Source: an uncultured Gemmatimonadales bacterium (GTDB lineage: Bacteria; Gemmatimonadota; Gemmatimonadetes; Gemmatimonadales; Gemmatimonadaceae). Taken from it: a stretch of 64,000 bases of DNA. The stretch spans positions 2,592,001 through 2,656,000 of the forward strand of contig OY969695.1 in NCBI GenBank assembly GCA_963701965.1, given 5' to 3'. Both the position numbers and the translations under genes were made by a program. Under the pieces are notes generated by a model, which saw nothing but the letters and a program-made list of their open reading frames with translations, had not been told where the DNA came from and made no database searches. Shown here piece after piece: positions 44,006 through 55,021 of the stretch (within the stretch, counting starts at the first letter, position 1; the number at the start of each line of letters is the position of its first letter).

Positions 44006-44078
44006 CGTACGGATCGCGAACAATTCACGGACGTTTCATAGTTGCGCCTCCCCGAACCGGACGGTTACCTTCGCGGAC

Positions 44079-44982
<904 letters not shown>

Positions 44983-44993
<11 letters not shown>

Positions 44994-46041
44994 TCGCCGC
45001 GACCTGACCCGAGGCCCGGAGCGCGGCGGCCTTGGCGTCCACGGCATCGACGGGCAGCCAGACGGTGAAGGTCGAGCCCCTCCCGACTTCGCTCTCGACC
45101 ATGAGATCGCCGCCCAGCAGGCGGGCCAGGCGCCGGGAGATCGCGAGGCCAAGTCCCGTGCCGCGGCGGACCGAGTCGCCGCGCGGGCCCGCGTTCACTT
45201 GCTCGAATTCCTCGAAGATGCGTTCGCGGTCCTCGGCGGCGATCCCAATGCCGGTGTCGGTCACGGCCAGCGCCACCCACAAGCTGCTCAATGTCGGCGT
45301 CGGCGGGGCGGGCACACCGGGCATGCCGTCCTCGCCGCTCACGAAACGCCCTCGCACGGCGATACCGCCGGTCGTCGTGTACTTCACGGCGTTGCCGAGC
45401 AGATTCATGAGGATCTGGCGCACGTGCGACGGGTCGGTGCGGAGACGCGGCAACGAGGCGGGGATCGACATGGATAGGTTGAGTCCGCGCTCGGTGGCCA
45501 GGGGTTCGACTTCAGTGGCGACGTCGAGGACGAACGGGCGGAGATCGAGCGGCTCCGTGTGCACTTCCATGCGGCCGGCCGTCATCTTCGCCAGGTCGAG
45601 GACCTGGTCGACGAGGTGGCGCAGGTGCACGGCCGAGGCTTCGATGCGTTGCACCGGGCCGACCTGACGCGGCTGCAGCTCGCCGTAGACGCCATCGCGC
45701 AGCAAGTCCAGGAATCCCACGATCGCATTGAGCGGCGTGCGCAGCTCGTGCGACACGTTCGCCAGAAACTCGCTCTTGGCGCGGTTCGCCCGCAGCAGCT
45801 CTCCCGAGAGTCGCTCGAGCTCGGCGGACCGCTCGGCGATCCGCCGGGTGAGACGACGCTCATGAAACATCGCCACCGTCAAGGCGACGAGGGTGACGAC
45901 ACCCATTGACCAGAGGCCAATACGCAGTGGCCCCATGCCGGGCGACCGGGCCAGCTCGCGGTCCGATACGTACAGCACGGTAATGGCAAAGGCGGCGACT
46001 GCCGCCAGCGCGAGAGACGAAAATCGGACCGGAGCGCGCAT
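44983..46041 (-). CDS. Sensor histidine kinase
   Basis: SHELRTPLN, NLLGNAVKYT, DTGIGI, GTGLGL. Confidence 0.94.
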
Positions 46042-46102
46042 CACCACGACCTTGGCACCACGACGTTGACGCCGGCCGCCACGACGCCTACCCTGCGGCA
46101 CC

Positions 46103-46687
46103 ATGAGCCCCGGCGTACACGACCACGACGACTACGATACACTCGTCGCCTTGCTGGCGCGACGGTCGGCTCGGCTGGGGGACTTCACCCTGGCCTCCGG
46201 CAAGCGCTCGTCACTCTACGTCGACGCCCGGCTCACGACCATGAGCCCGGAAGGGCAGGCGCTCATCGGGCCGATGGCGCTCCACGCGATCCGCGCCGCG
46301 GGCTGGCCGCTCGACGCCGCCGGCGGCCTGACGCTGGGCGCGGACCCCATCAGCTACGCCATCGCGTTCGCCTCGGCGCTTCCCGGCGGCGCACCGCTCG
46401 TCCGCGCGTTCACGGTACGCAAGGAACCAAAAGCCCACGGCACTGGAAAGCTCATCGAAGGCCCGTTCTCGTCCGGCGATCGCGTGGTCATCGTCGAGGA
46501 CGTCATCACGACCGGCGGGTCGGCACTGCGCGCCGCCGAGGCCGTGCGGGCGGCCGGCGGTGTGATCTCCGGCATCTTGGCCCTCGTCGACCGCGAGGAA
46601 GGCGGCCGCCAAACCATCGAGCAGGCCGGATTCGCCGTCGTCGCGTTGGTACCCGCGCGCGACATCGTCGCCCGGATGCCGCGCTAA
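46103..46687 (+). CDS. pyrE: Orotate phosphoribosyltransferase
   Basis: FTLASGKRS, VRKEPKAHG, VEDVITTGGS, VDREEGG. Confidence 0.95.
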   Translation: MSPGVHDHDDYDTLVALLARRSARLGDFTLASGKRSSLYVDARLTTMSPEGQALIGPMALHAIRAAGWPLDAAGGLTLGADPISYAIAFASALPGGAPLVRAFTVRKEPKAHGTGKLIEGPFSSGDRVVIVEDVITTGGSALRAAEAVRAAGGVISGILALVDREEGGRQTIEQAGFAVVALVPARDIVARMPR

Positions 46688-46695
46688 CGCGGCGC

Positions 46696-47523
46696 CTAGC
46701 GCGGGTCGAAGCGCAGCAGGACGTCGCGGTGGGGCGCCACGAGCTCGCGGCGAAATCGTTCCACCATGCGCTCGCCGTCGTATTCGCGGCGAAAGGCCGT
46801 GGCCGGGATCCCGAGCGTCAGGTGCACGTGCCGTCCGAAGGATTGCGGCGACGAGTACTGCAACCGGTTCGCGACGTTGGCGATGGAGAGGCCCGGGTTC
46901 TCCAGGAGTCTGGCGGCGCGCGTCAGTCGCGCGGCGTTGAGATATCGCCGCGGCGACGGAAGCCCGGAGCGGCGGAACTGGCTCGCGAAGCGAATGGGCG
47001 GGACGCCGAGGATGCGACACAGACCGAGCGCCGTGCTGACGGCCGGCGGAGCGGTGAAGAGCGCGTCGAAGAACGTCCAGAGCGGATGCGAGACGCCGGG
47101 CAAATCGCGCGCGAGACGATCGAGCGCCATCCGGGCCGCCTCGGCGGCCCATCGGCCATCGGCGAGCACGGTTCGCAACTGGCGCCATCCTTCCGGCGTC
47201 CGGACATCGACCAGCGTGCGTACGCCGCTCCGGCCGAGCGAGAGCACGGCGTGCGGCGACGCGGCGCCGCTCACCAGCGCAATGGCGGGGACGCGCGGAA
47301 ACTCCCGGACTATGCGGGCGACGCGGCTGGCCTCGCCATACGTGCAGCGCGCCACGGAGACCACGACGGCGGAGACGTGCGCCTCGCGAACGTCGCGTAT
47401 GACCTCGTCGAGCGAGTCGCGGTGGAGCGTCGCATAGAGGCCATGGCCGGCGGCGTCGAGCGAGAGGCGTTCCGCCGGCGTCAGCATAGTCGAGATCGGC
47501 GGAGGAAATTGACCGGGTGACAT
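46696..47523 (-). CDS. AraC-type HTH regulator
   Basis: LPSPRRYL...SIANVANRLQYSSPQSFGRH...TAFRR. Confidence 0.85.
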   Translation of the reverse strand: MSPGQFPPPISTMLTPAERLSLDAAGHGLYATLHRDSLDEVIRDVREAHVSAVVVSVARCTYGEASRVARIVREFPRVPAIALVSGAASPHAVLSLGRSGVRTLVDVRTPEGWRQLRTVLADGRWAAEAARMALDRLARDLPGVSHPLWTFFDALFTAPPAVSTALGLCRILGVPPIRFASQFRRSGLPSPRRYLNAARLTRAARLLENPGLSIANVANRLQYSSPQSFGRHVHLTLGIPATAFRREYDGERMVERFRRELVAPHRDVLLRFDPR

Positions 47524-47581
47524 TTACACCGCACAGTCATCACCCCCGTCAGGCTCCTGTCAGCTTATATTTCCCCGGCGA

Positions 47582-47991
47582 GAGCGTCGGTCGGACGGTC
47601 GCGACACAGGAGCAGGTTTCCTGCGCCGAGGAAAGTCCGGGCTCCGTAGGGCAGACTGCCAGGTAACGCCTGGGCGCGAGCGCGCAGTGGCGCACGTGAC
47701 GGACAGTGCCACAGAAATGACACCGCCGATGGCCTTCGTGGGCGACCCCGGAGGATCAGGCAAGGGCGAACCGGTGTGGGTAAGAGCCCACCGCGCTCCC
47801 GGTAACGGGGGCGGCATGGTAAACCCCAGTCGGAGCAAGGTCAAATAAGCGGCGAGGGGTGGCCCGCCCCGACCTAAGACGCCGCGGGTAGACTGCTGGA
47901 GGGTACGGGTGACCGTACCCCGAGAGAAATGACCGTCCGGACGGGGACTCGTGCTCCGTCCGACAGGACCCGGCTTACAGACCGGCGGCTC
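47582..47991 (+). ncRNA. rnpB: RNase P RNA, bacterial type A
   Basis: GAGGAAAGTCCGGGC, GACAGTGCCACAGAAA, GGTAAGAGCCCACC, GGTAAACCCC, ACAGGACCCGGCTTA; P1 ends pair; TATATT -10 upstream. Confidence 0.97.
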
Positions 47992-48052
47992 ATCGCTCGG
48001 CAGCCCTCCGGGGGAAGTCCCCGGGGGGCTGTCCCGTTCTGGGAGGAAAGGG

Positions 48053-48973
48053 ATGTCGACAAGGTCGCTCGGTCTGCTCGCCACCACGCTCTTGATCGCG
48101 ACCGCGATCGCGACCGCGATCGCGACCGCGTGCGGCCCATCCGTGTCGCGCGAGCCCCACGGACCTCCGCCTCCCGCGCCCACCGCGCGACCGGCGGCGC
48201 CCGCGCCTCTCACCTCGCCACCGCGCTACGCCGCGGGACGGGCGTCGTACGAAGTCGCGAACGTGACGACGATCCAGTTCGCCGGCGACTCCTCCGCCCG
48301 CCCTGACACGCTCGCCACCGCCGTGGTTCTCCGGTACGAGTCCAACTGGACGCGCACCGGCCTCGAGGCGACCGGCACCGCGCAGTCGCGCTTCGGCGCC
48401 ACCAGCGCCGCGATGCGCCGCACCGCGAGTGAATCCCTCGACCCGCTGCCGTTTCACGCGACGGTCGATACGGCGACCGCGGCGGTGCGATTCGCCAGCG
48501 ACTCGGCCGCCGGCGCCGGCGCCTGTCCGTCGGCCCACGCTGGTGCCGAAGCGATCGCCCGTCAGTTCCTGATGGCAATCCCGCGCACTCTCGCGCCCGG
48601 CGCATCGTGGACCGACACGGTGAACACGGTCACGTGCCGCGGCGACATTCCAGTGACGACGACCGCGGTGCGCCACTTCACGGTGACCCTCCGGCCCTCC
48701 TCTGGCCCCGAGGGCGCGACGATTGTCGTCTCGCGGGCGACTACGGCCCAGGTGCACGGGCAGGCGCTGCATCGCGGCCAACCGGTGACGCTCACCGGGT
48801 CCGGCACCGGCCTACATGAGGATCGCTACGACGCGCTCACGGGAAAGCTCTTGGGCGCCGGTGGCGCGTCGGACGCCGACGTCAGCGTCGGCGTGGCGGC
48901 GCACGAGAGTCGGCTGCACGAGCACATCGACCAACGGGTGACGCTAGTCGACCAGGCGGAGGGGCATCACTAG
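48053..48973 (+). CDS. Hypothetical lipoprotein with (TAIA)n 12-bp repeat in the signal peptide
   Basis: GGAGG RBS, ATAC lipobox; convergent overlap with dnaN end. Confidence 0.7.
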   Translation: MSTRSLGLLATTLLIATAIATAIATACGPSVSREPHGPPPPAPTARPAAPAPLTSPPRYAAGRASYEVANVTTIQFAGDSSARPDTLATAVVLRYESNWTRTGLEATGTAQSRFGATSAAMRRTASESLDPLPFHATVDTATAAVRFASDSAAGAGACPSAHAGAEAIARQFLMAIPRTLAPGASWTDTVNTVTCRGDIPVTTTAVRHFTVTLRPSSGPEGATIVVSRATTAQVHGQALHRGQPVTLTGSGTGLHEDRYDALTGKLLGAGGASDADVSVGVAAHESRLHEHIDQRVTLVDQAEGHH

Positions 48974-50053
48974 GCAGAGATACTTGGCCGGGTGGTCCCA
49001 GCCTTCCGGCTCGATCGTCGCCGCGCGCTCGGGCGCCTTGAACGTGAGGCGCACTTCCTCGGTCGGCATGAACTTGAGGACTTCGAGCAGATACGACGCG
49101 TTGAATCCGATGTCGAGCGGGTCGCCCGTGTAGCGGACCGCCAACTCGTCCTGCGCTTCGCCGAGATCCGGCGTCTGCACGCTGAACTTCACCATGCCGG
49201 CGTTGAGCGACAGCCGGATCCGATGGGTCTGGTCCGACGCGACGGTCGACATGCGGCGGAGGGCGCCGGCCAAGGCCTGCTTGTCGGCGATCGCCACGCG
49301 GTCGTTATCGCGGGGGATGACTTCGGCGTACGGCGGATACGGCCCCTCGATCAGCCGCGTGTAGACGGCGGTCACGGGCGACCGGAACCCCAGGTGGTTT
49401 TCGCTCCGCGCGATCTCCAGCTCCTCTTCGGCCGGAAAGAGCCGCCGCACCTGGTCCAGCGCCTTGGGCGGCACGATGAGGTCACTCGCGCCCCCCGTCG
49501 ACGCGATGGGGAGATCCATTTTCGCCAGCCGGTGCCCGTTGGTGGACACCATGCGCATGTACTCGGGACGGAGCTCCCACAGGACACCGTTCAGGATCGG
49601 CCGGCTCTCCTCGGTGCTCACCGCGAACGACGTGTGCGAGATCAACTCCTGCAGCTCGCCCGACCGCACTCTCCACGTCCCGTCGAACTTGATGCTGGGG
49701 AAGGTGGGAAACTCATCGCGCGGGATCCCGAGGAGCTTGAACCGCGAGCGCCCGCACTCGAGCGTGATCCGCTGTTCGCCCGCGGCCGCGATCTTGACCG
49801 GCGACGGCAGGAGCTCGCGCGCGATCTCACTCAGTTTCCGCGCCGGAATCGTGACGGCGCCGTGCGCCTCGATATCGGCGTTGACCTCCGTGCTCACCGC
49901 GATATCCAGATCGGTGCCCGACAACCGGATCCCGCGATCCGTCGTCTCGATCAGGATGTTCGCCAAAACGGGGAGCGTCGTCTTCGACGGGATGCTCGCC
50001 GTGACGGCCGCCAACCCCTCCTGGAGTTTTTCACGCGAGATCGTGAAGCGCAT
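48944..50053 (-). CDS. dnaN: DNA polymerase III beta clamp
   Basis: TTLPVLANIL, GTDLD, ESRPILNG, STNGHRLA, IGFNASYL, VMPLRL. Confidence 0.98.
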   Translation of the reverse strand: MRFTISREKLQEGLAAVTASIPSKTTLPVLANILIETTDRGIRLSGTDLDIAVSTEVNADIEAHGAVTIPARKLSEIARELLPSPVKIAAAGEQRITLECGRSRFKLLGIPRDEFPTFPSIKFDGTWRVRSGELQELISHTSFAVSTEESRPILNGVLWELRPEYMRMVSTNGHRLAKMDLPIASTGGASDLIVPPKALDQVRRLFPAEEELEIARSENHLGFRSPVTAVYTRLIEGPYPPYAEVIPRDNDRVAIADKQALAGALRRMSTVASDQTHRIRLSLNAGMVKFSVQTPDLGEAQDELAVRYTGDPLDIGFNASYLLEVLKFMPTEEVRLTFKAPERAATIEPEGWDHPAKYLCLVMPLRLVD

Positions 50054-50300
50054 GTCTACTGTTATTAAGTAGTAGTATTAAAAGCCAGTAGCACTAGTAG
50101 GGGATGTGGGGTTGTGAACAATCGCGGCAAGTTACGACAGGCGCAGAACTTTGCCTAGTCTGCGTACTGTGTGTTCGAGCCGGACAGGTCCGAGTTATGC
50201 CCGCCTGGTCACACCGGCGCCGCCAGCAATGTGCCCCACTGTGCATATCGCCGCCCGTGTGCACACTGGTGTGGACAGCCACTGTGGATTCTAGGAGTGA
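50054..50300. other. Putative oriC (DnaA-trio/AT-rich tract plus DnaA boxes)
   Basis: TAG-rich tract 50068-50100; DnaA-box-like 9-mers at 50113, 50240, 50258, 50270, 50283; gene orientation switches around this locus. Confidence 0.85.
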
Positions 50301-50303
50301 GCT

Positions 50304-51741
50304 CTAGGGCCTGAGCGATGCGAGCTGCGCGCGCACGCGCTCCACGCGTGTGCGAAACGTCGCGTCCGTGGTCATCTCCTCGGTGACGCGCTCCAAGCTG
50401 TGAATCACCGTCGAGTGGTCGCGGCCCCCGAACGCGTTCCCGATCTCCACCAGCTGCACTTGGAGGAGCTCGCGGGCCAGAATGCATGGCCACCTGGCGG
50501 GGCGTGGTCAGCGCCTTGGTGCGGGTCTTGGACTTGAGCCCGTCGACCGTGACGCCCCACTCCTTCGCCACGCTGTGCTGGATCGCGTGCACCGTCAGGC
50601 CCCCGGCGGCATCGGGCGCGACGCTGCCGTCCGGCGCCAGCCGGATTTTGTCGCGGAGCGCGTCGCGCGCCAGGTCGACGCTGATCGCGCGGTGCTTGAG
50701 CGACGAGTAGGCGAGCAGCTTGATGATCGACCCTTCGAGCTCGCGCACACTGGAGCGCACGTGCTCGGCGATGAACCCGATCACGTCGTCCGGAATCGTG
50801 GTCTCCAGGTGATCGAGCTTGGCCTTGTGGCGCAGGATCGCGATGCGGTGCTCGAGATCGGGGGTCCCGATGTCGGCCACCATCCCCCACTGGAACCGGC
50901 TCACCAACCGCGCTTCGAGCCCGGGGATTTCGCTCGGGGGCCGGTCGGACGTCAGGATGATCTGGCGGCCGGCCTCGTACAGGGCGTTGAACGTATGGAA
51001 GAACTCTTCCTGCGTGCTCTCCTTCCCCTTGAGAAAATGCACGTCGTCCACGAGCAGCATGTCGGTCTCCCGATAGCGCCGGCGGAACTCGTGGTTGGTC
51101 CGCGTCTGGATGGCGGCCACCATCTCGTTCGTGAATTGCTCCGTGCCCACGAGCATGATCCGCGTCGACGGATGCCGCTGCAGGACGTCGTGGGCGACAG
51201 CCTGCATGAGATGGGTCTTGCCCAAGCCGGTGGCGCCGTAGACGAACAGCGGGTTGTAGAACTTGCCGGGCCCCTGGGCTACGGCCTGCGCCGCGGCAAA
51301 GGCCAGCTCGTTCGATTTCCCGGGCACGAAATGGTCGAACGTGTAGCGCGGCGTCAACGGCGCGTTGATCAGGGCCTGTCGCTTGGTCGCGGGCTCCTCG
51401 GGCGGCGGTGCCACGAACAGGTCCATCTGCGGCCGCGCCTTGCGCTCGTCGCTCACGCGAAACACGACATTCACCGGATGGCCCACGGCGACTGGCGCGA
51501 AGCTCGCCAGGAGATGCGCGTGCTTCGACTCGTTCCAATCCGCCGCGAACTGGTCGGGCGCGCTCACGACCAGCGATTGCGGGGCCGGCGTCGCGCCGTT
51601 CGTCGCCCCATCCTCGAGCCGGAGCGCTTCGGTGGGCTCGAGCCAGGTCCGGAACGTCTGCTCGGGCAGCGCTTGACGCGCCCGTTCGAGCAGACGGCTC
51701 CAGACTTCGGCGGCGGTGAGTGAGGCGGTCGTTGAAGACAT
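50304..51741 (-). CDS. dnaA: Chromosomal replication initiator DnaA (apparent +1 frameshift near 50482)
   Basis: [32 protein letters not shown]; after PRQVAM the frame LARELLQ...[16 protein letters not shown] completes domain IV. Confidence 0.96.
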
Positions 51742-51889
51742 CGGGGGCGCGAACGTAGGATCGCGCGGGCAGAAAAGTCAACCTGGACCAAGGTCGACCG
51801 AATCGGAATCCGAACCGGCGTCGCTTGACCTACCGTCAAGCGTCCCATACGTTTCCGTGTCTGTATCCGAATTGGAGTTCGAGGAAATA

Positions 51890-52054
51890 ATGGGAAAGCC
51901 CACCTATCGTCCCCGCAACAAGCGCCGCATCAAGACGCACGGGTTTCGGGAGCGGATGTCCACCCGCTGGGGACGCGAAGTTTTGAGCCGGCGTCGGAAG
52001 AAGGGCCGCAAGCGCCTCGTCGTGAAGCTGCCCTCGAAGTACGGCGGAGCGTGA
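51890..52054 (+). CDS. rpmH: 50S ribosomal protein L34
   Basis: [21 protein letters not shown]...[17 protein letters not shown]. Confidence 0.96.
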   Translation: MGKPTYRPRNKRRIKTHGFRERMSTRWGREVLSRRRKKGRKRLVVKLPSKYGGA

Positions 52055-52391
52055 GGCGTTTCCGCGCGCCTACCGGCTGACGCGCGGTGCGGATATCGCC
52101 GCCGTTCGTCGGCAAGGCAAGCGTATCCGCCTGAACGATCTCAATGTGCGGGCGAACGTCTCCGGGCGGTCGCACCCTCGGGTCGGAGTCATTGTGCCTC
52201 GCTATAAACACACCGCAGTGGATCGCAACCGTCTCAAGCGGCGGTTGCGCGAGCTGGTGCGGCGCCGGCTGCTGGCCGAACTGCCAGCGGTCGACGTCGT
52301 CATCCGCGCGTTGCCCAGCGCGTACGGCACGCCGTTCGACGGACTGGCCGCGCAGGTCGACGTCGTGCGCGCCGCGTATCGTCGGAGCTGA
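52051..52391 (+). CDS. rnpA: Ribonuclease P protein component (start unresolved)
   Basis: FPRAYRL...RVGVIVPR...[13 protein letters not shown]; between rpmH and yidD. Confidence 0.9.
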
Positions 52392-52394
52392 GCG

Positions 52395-52604
52395 ATGCGC
52401 ACGGTGTTGATCGCCATGGTACGACTGTATCAGGTCGGTCTGTCGCCGCTCTTGCCCGCGTCCTGCCGTTATTATCCGACCTGTTCGGCGTATGCGGTGA
52501 CCGCGCTCGAACGCTACGGGGCCGTCCGCGGCGCGTGGCTCGCGGCGCGCCGCATCGCCCGCTGTCATCCGTTCCATTCCGGCGGCTACGACCCGGTTCC
52601 ATAG
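52395..52604 (+). CDS. yidD: Membrane protein insertion efficiency factor
   Basis: [10 protein letters not shown]...[17 protein letters not shown]. Confidence 0.96.
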   Translation: MRTVLIAMVRLYQVGLSPLLPASCRYYPTCSAYAVTALERYGAVRGAWLAARRIARCHPFHSGGYDPVP

Positions 52605-52619
52605 AGCATTCCACAACGC

Positions 52620-54290
52620 ATGGAAAAGCGACTGCTAATCGCGCTGGTCCTCGTGGCCGCCGTCATCGTGGTGTTTCAGTGGCTCTATCCCACGGTGCCG
52701 TCGCCGTCGGCGCGTCGCGGCTCCGGCGCCACGCCCGGCGCCGTTCTCGACTCGACGCACCACGACACCACGCTCGCCGCGGCGGCGCCGCCGGCCGCGA
52801 CGCCCACGACCGTCGCGCCGTCGACCGCTCCAGGGATCGCCGCCGAGACGACGGAAGTGCGCACCGCCCACGCCGTGTACCTATTCACGAATATCGGCGC
52901 CGCGCCGCTCAGCGCCACGATGCTCGACTACAAATCAACGAATCCCGCGTTTCATGGCGACCCGGTGCACCTCGGCGTGCCGGGCGAACCAATGCTCCGC
53001 TATCGGATCGTCGGCGCGCGCGACACACTGGCCATCGATCGCACGGCGTTCCGGAGCACGCGAACGCGCACGCCGGACGGGGCGACGACGCTCACATACC
53101 AGGGCGACGCCGGGGGCAATCACCTCACGATCGCGTACACGGTGCCGCCGGGCGACTACGGCGCCACGGTGACCGGCACGATCGCCGGGCCGGCGGCCAG
53201 TGACACGTCGTACCTGTTGACCCAACTCCCGTCGAGCTTCCGTTCGGCGGAGGCGGACACGGTGGACGACCAGCGGCATCTCGCGTTCGCCGCGAAACCG
53301 GTGCGCGAGGACCCGCAGAACACCGCGTTCGGCAAGCTGGACCCCAACGAACGCCACGTCATCCGCGGCCCCATCGCCTGGGCCGCCGCGCGCAACAAGT
53401 ACTTCGTCGTCGGTCTCTTGACGCCAACGCCGGCGTTCGCCGAGGTCGACTTGGTCGGTACTGCGAAGGCGCCCGGAGCCAAGACACAGACGGTTGGCCT
53501 GGGCACCGTCGTGCAGCCGCTCGATCGCGGCCGCTTCGCGTTCGAGCTCTACGCCGGTCCACAGGAATGGCGGCGCCTGCACGCCCTCGGTCACGAGTTC
53601 GAGGATGTGAACCCCTACGGCGGATGGCTGCATGGCATCCTGCAGCCGTTCGCCACGCTCATCGTCCGGGTCATCATCTGGCTGCGGGGCGTGCTCCAGC
53701 TCAACTACGGCTGGGTGATCATCATCTTCGGCATCGCCATCCGGATCCTGCTCTGGCCGCTCAACCAGCGCGCCATGCGCACGAGCCTGCGGCTCCAGGC
53801 GCTGCAGCCGGAGCTGCAATCCGTGCAGGAGCGCTACAAGAGCGACCAGACGCGGCTTTCGCAGGAGATGATGAAGGTGTACAAGGAGCACGGCTTGAGT
53901 CCGCTCTCGCCGGTCGTCGGCTGTCTGCCGATGCTCATTCCGCTCCCCATCCTCTACTGCCTGCTGTTCGTGCTCCAGAACACGATCGAGTTCCGCGGCG
54001 TGCCGTTTCTGTGGCTGCACGACATCTCGCTCAAGGATCCGTACTACATCCTCCCGCTCCTCATGGGCCTGTCATCATACCTCGTCTCCTGGATCGGCAT
54101 GCGGAACTCGCCGCCGAATCCGCAGGCCAAGATGATGACCTATCTCTTCCCGGTGATGATGACGACGTTTCTGGCGAACGTCTCGGCGGGACTCAATCTC
54201 TATTACGCCGTGCAGAACCTGGCGACGCTGCCGCAGCAATGGTTCCTGTCGAACGAGCGAGCGAAGGCCGCGGCCCGACGCTCCGGGTGA
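52620..54290 (+). CDS. yidC: Membrane protein insertase YidC
   Basis: LYAGP, NYGWVII, GCLPMLI, FLWLHDIS...DPYYILP, GLNLYY. Confidence 0.96.
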   Translation: MEKRLLIALVLVAAVIVVFQWLYPTVPSPSARRGSGATPGAVLDSTHHDTTLAAAAPPAATPTTVAPSTAPGIAAETTEVRTAHAVYLFTNIGAAPLSATMLDYKSTNPAFHGDPVHLGVPGEPMLRYRIVGARDTLAIDRTAFRSTRTRTPDGATTLTYQGDAGGNHLTIAYTVPPGDYGATVTGTIAGPAASDTSYLLTQLPSSFRSAEADTVDDQRHLAFAAKPVREDPQNTAFGKLDPNERHVIRGPIAWAAARNKYFVVGLLTPTPAFAEVDLVGTAKAPGAKTQTVGLGTVVQPLDRGRFAFELYAGPQEWRRLHALGHEFEDVNPYGGWLHGILQPFATLIVRVIIWLRGVLQLNYGWVIIIFGIAIRILLWPLNQRAMRTSLRLQALQPELQSVQERYKSDQTRLSQEMMKVYKEHGLSPLSPVVGCLPMLIPLPILYCLLFVLQNTIEFRGVPFLWLHDISLKDPYYILPLLMGLSSYLVSWIGMRNSPPNPQAKMMTYLFPVMMTTFLANVSAGLNLYYAVQNLATLPQQWFLSNERAKAAARRSG

Positions 54291-55021
54291 CGGCTGTCGG
54301 GCACGCGACGATGCTGCTCGAGCTGGGCGGCGCGCGCGTGCTCACCGATCCGAACTTCGACCGGCGGCTCGCTGGTGTCCTGCGGCGCGTGAGCGCACCC
54401 GGCATCGCGCTCGATCAGATCCCGCACCTCGACGCCGTCCTGATCTCGCACGGCCACGCCGATCACCTGTCTGTCGCATCGTTGGCGGTGCTGGCGTCGC
54501 GCCAAACGCCACTGTTGGCGCCGCCGGCCGTGGCCGCCCGGTTGCGCCGGCGCGGCTTCACCTCGGCTCAGGCGATCGCGCCGGGCGAGTGGACGACGAT
54601 CGGCGGACTGACGATCACCGCGGATCGCGCGGCGCACCGCGTCCGGGGGCGGGCGAACATGTATCTCCTCGATGATGGCACGGCGAGCGCGTTCTTCGCC
54701 GGCGACACCGGGCTCCGCGCGGGGACGCACCGTCTGGTGGAGTCCATCGGCGGACGGCGCCTCGACGTCGCGCTGCTGCCGATCGGGCACGCGCCGTGGT
54801 GGCGACCGGGATTCCGGCGCGGGCATTTGTCGAGCGAGGATGCGCTGGCCCTGTTCGAGCGGCTGGGCGCGCGGTATCTCATCCCCTACCATTGGGGGAC
54901 GTTTCAGCACCTGACGTCGGGGCCGTATGATGCCAAGCGGCGGCTGGATGGGCTGCTGGCCGCGCACCCGCGTTCGGGCGATGTGATCGCGCTGGCGCCG
55001 GGAGCGTCGCATGCTGTCTGA
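54287..55021 (+). CDS. MBL-fold metallo-hydrolase
   Basis: GHAT, TDPNF, SHGHADHL, FAGDT, LLPIG, PYHWGTF. Confidence 0.88.
   Translation: MTAVGHATMLLELGGARVLTDPNFDRRLAGVLRRVSAPGIALDQIPHLDAVLISHGHADHLSVASLAVLASRQTPLLAPPAVAARLRRRGFTSAQAIAPGEWTTIGGLTITADRAAHRVRGRANMYLLDDGTASAFFAGDTGLRAGTHRLVESIGGRRLDVALLPIGHAPWWRPGFRRGHLSSEDALALFERLGARYLIPYHWGTFQHLTSGPYDAKRRLDGLLAAHPRSGDVIALAPGASHAV

Noticed and set aside
47560..48213. ORFs overlapping rnpB
   Set aside because: Region is explained by the RNase P RNA
50304..51741. dnaA (and mnmG) as true pseudogenes
   Set aside because: Single indels in otherwise intact genes at the origin; a sequencing artefact is far more likely
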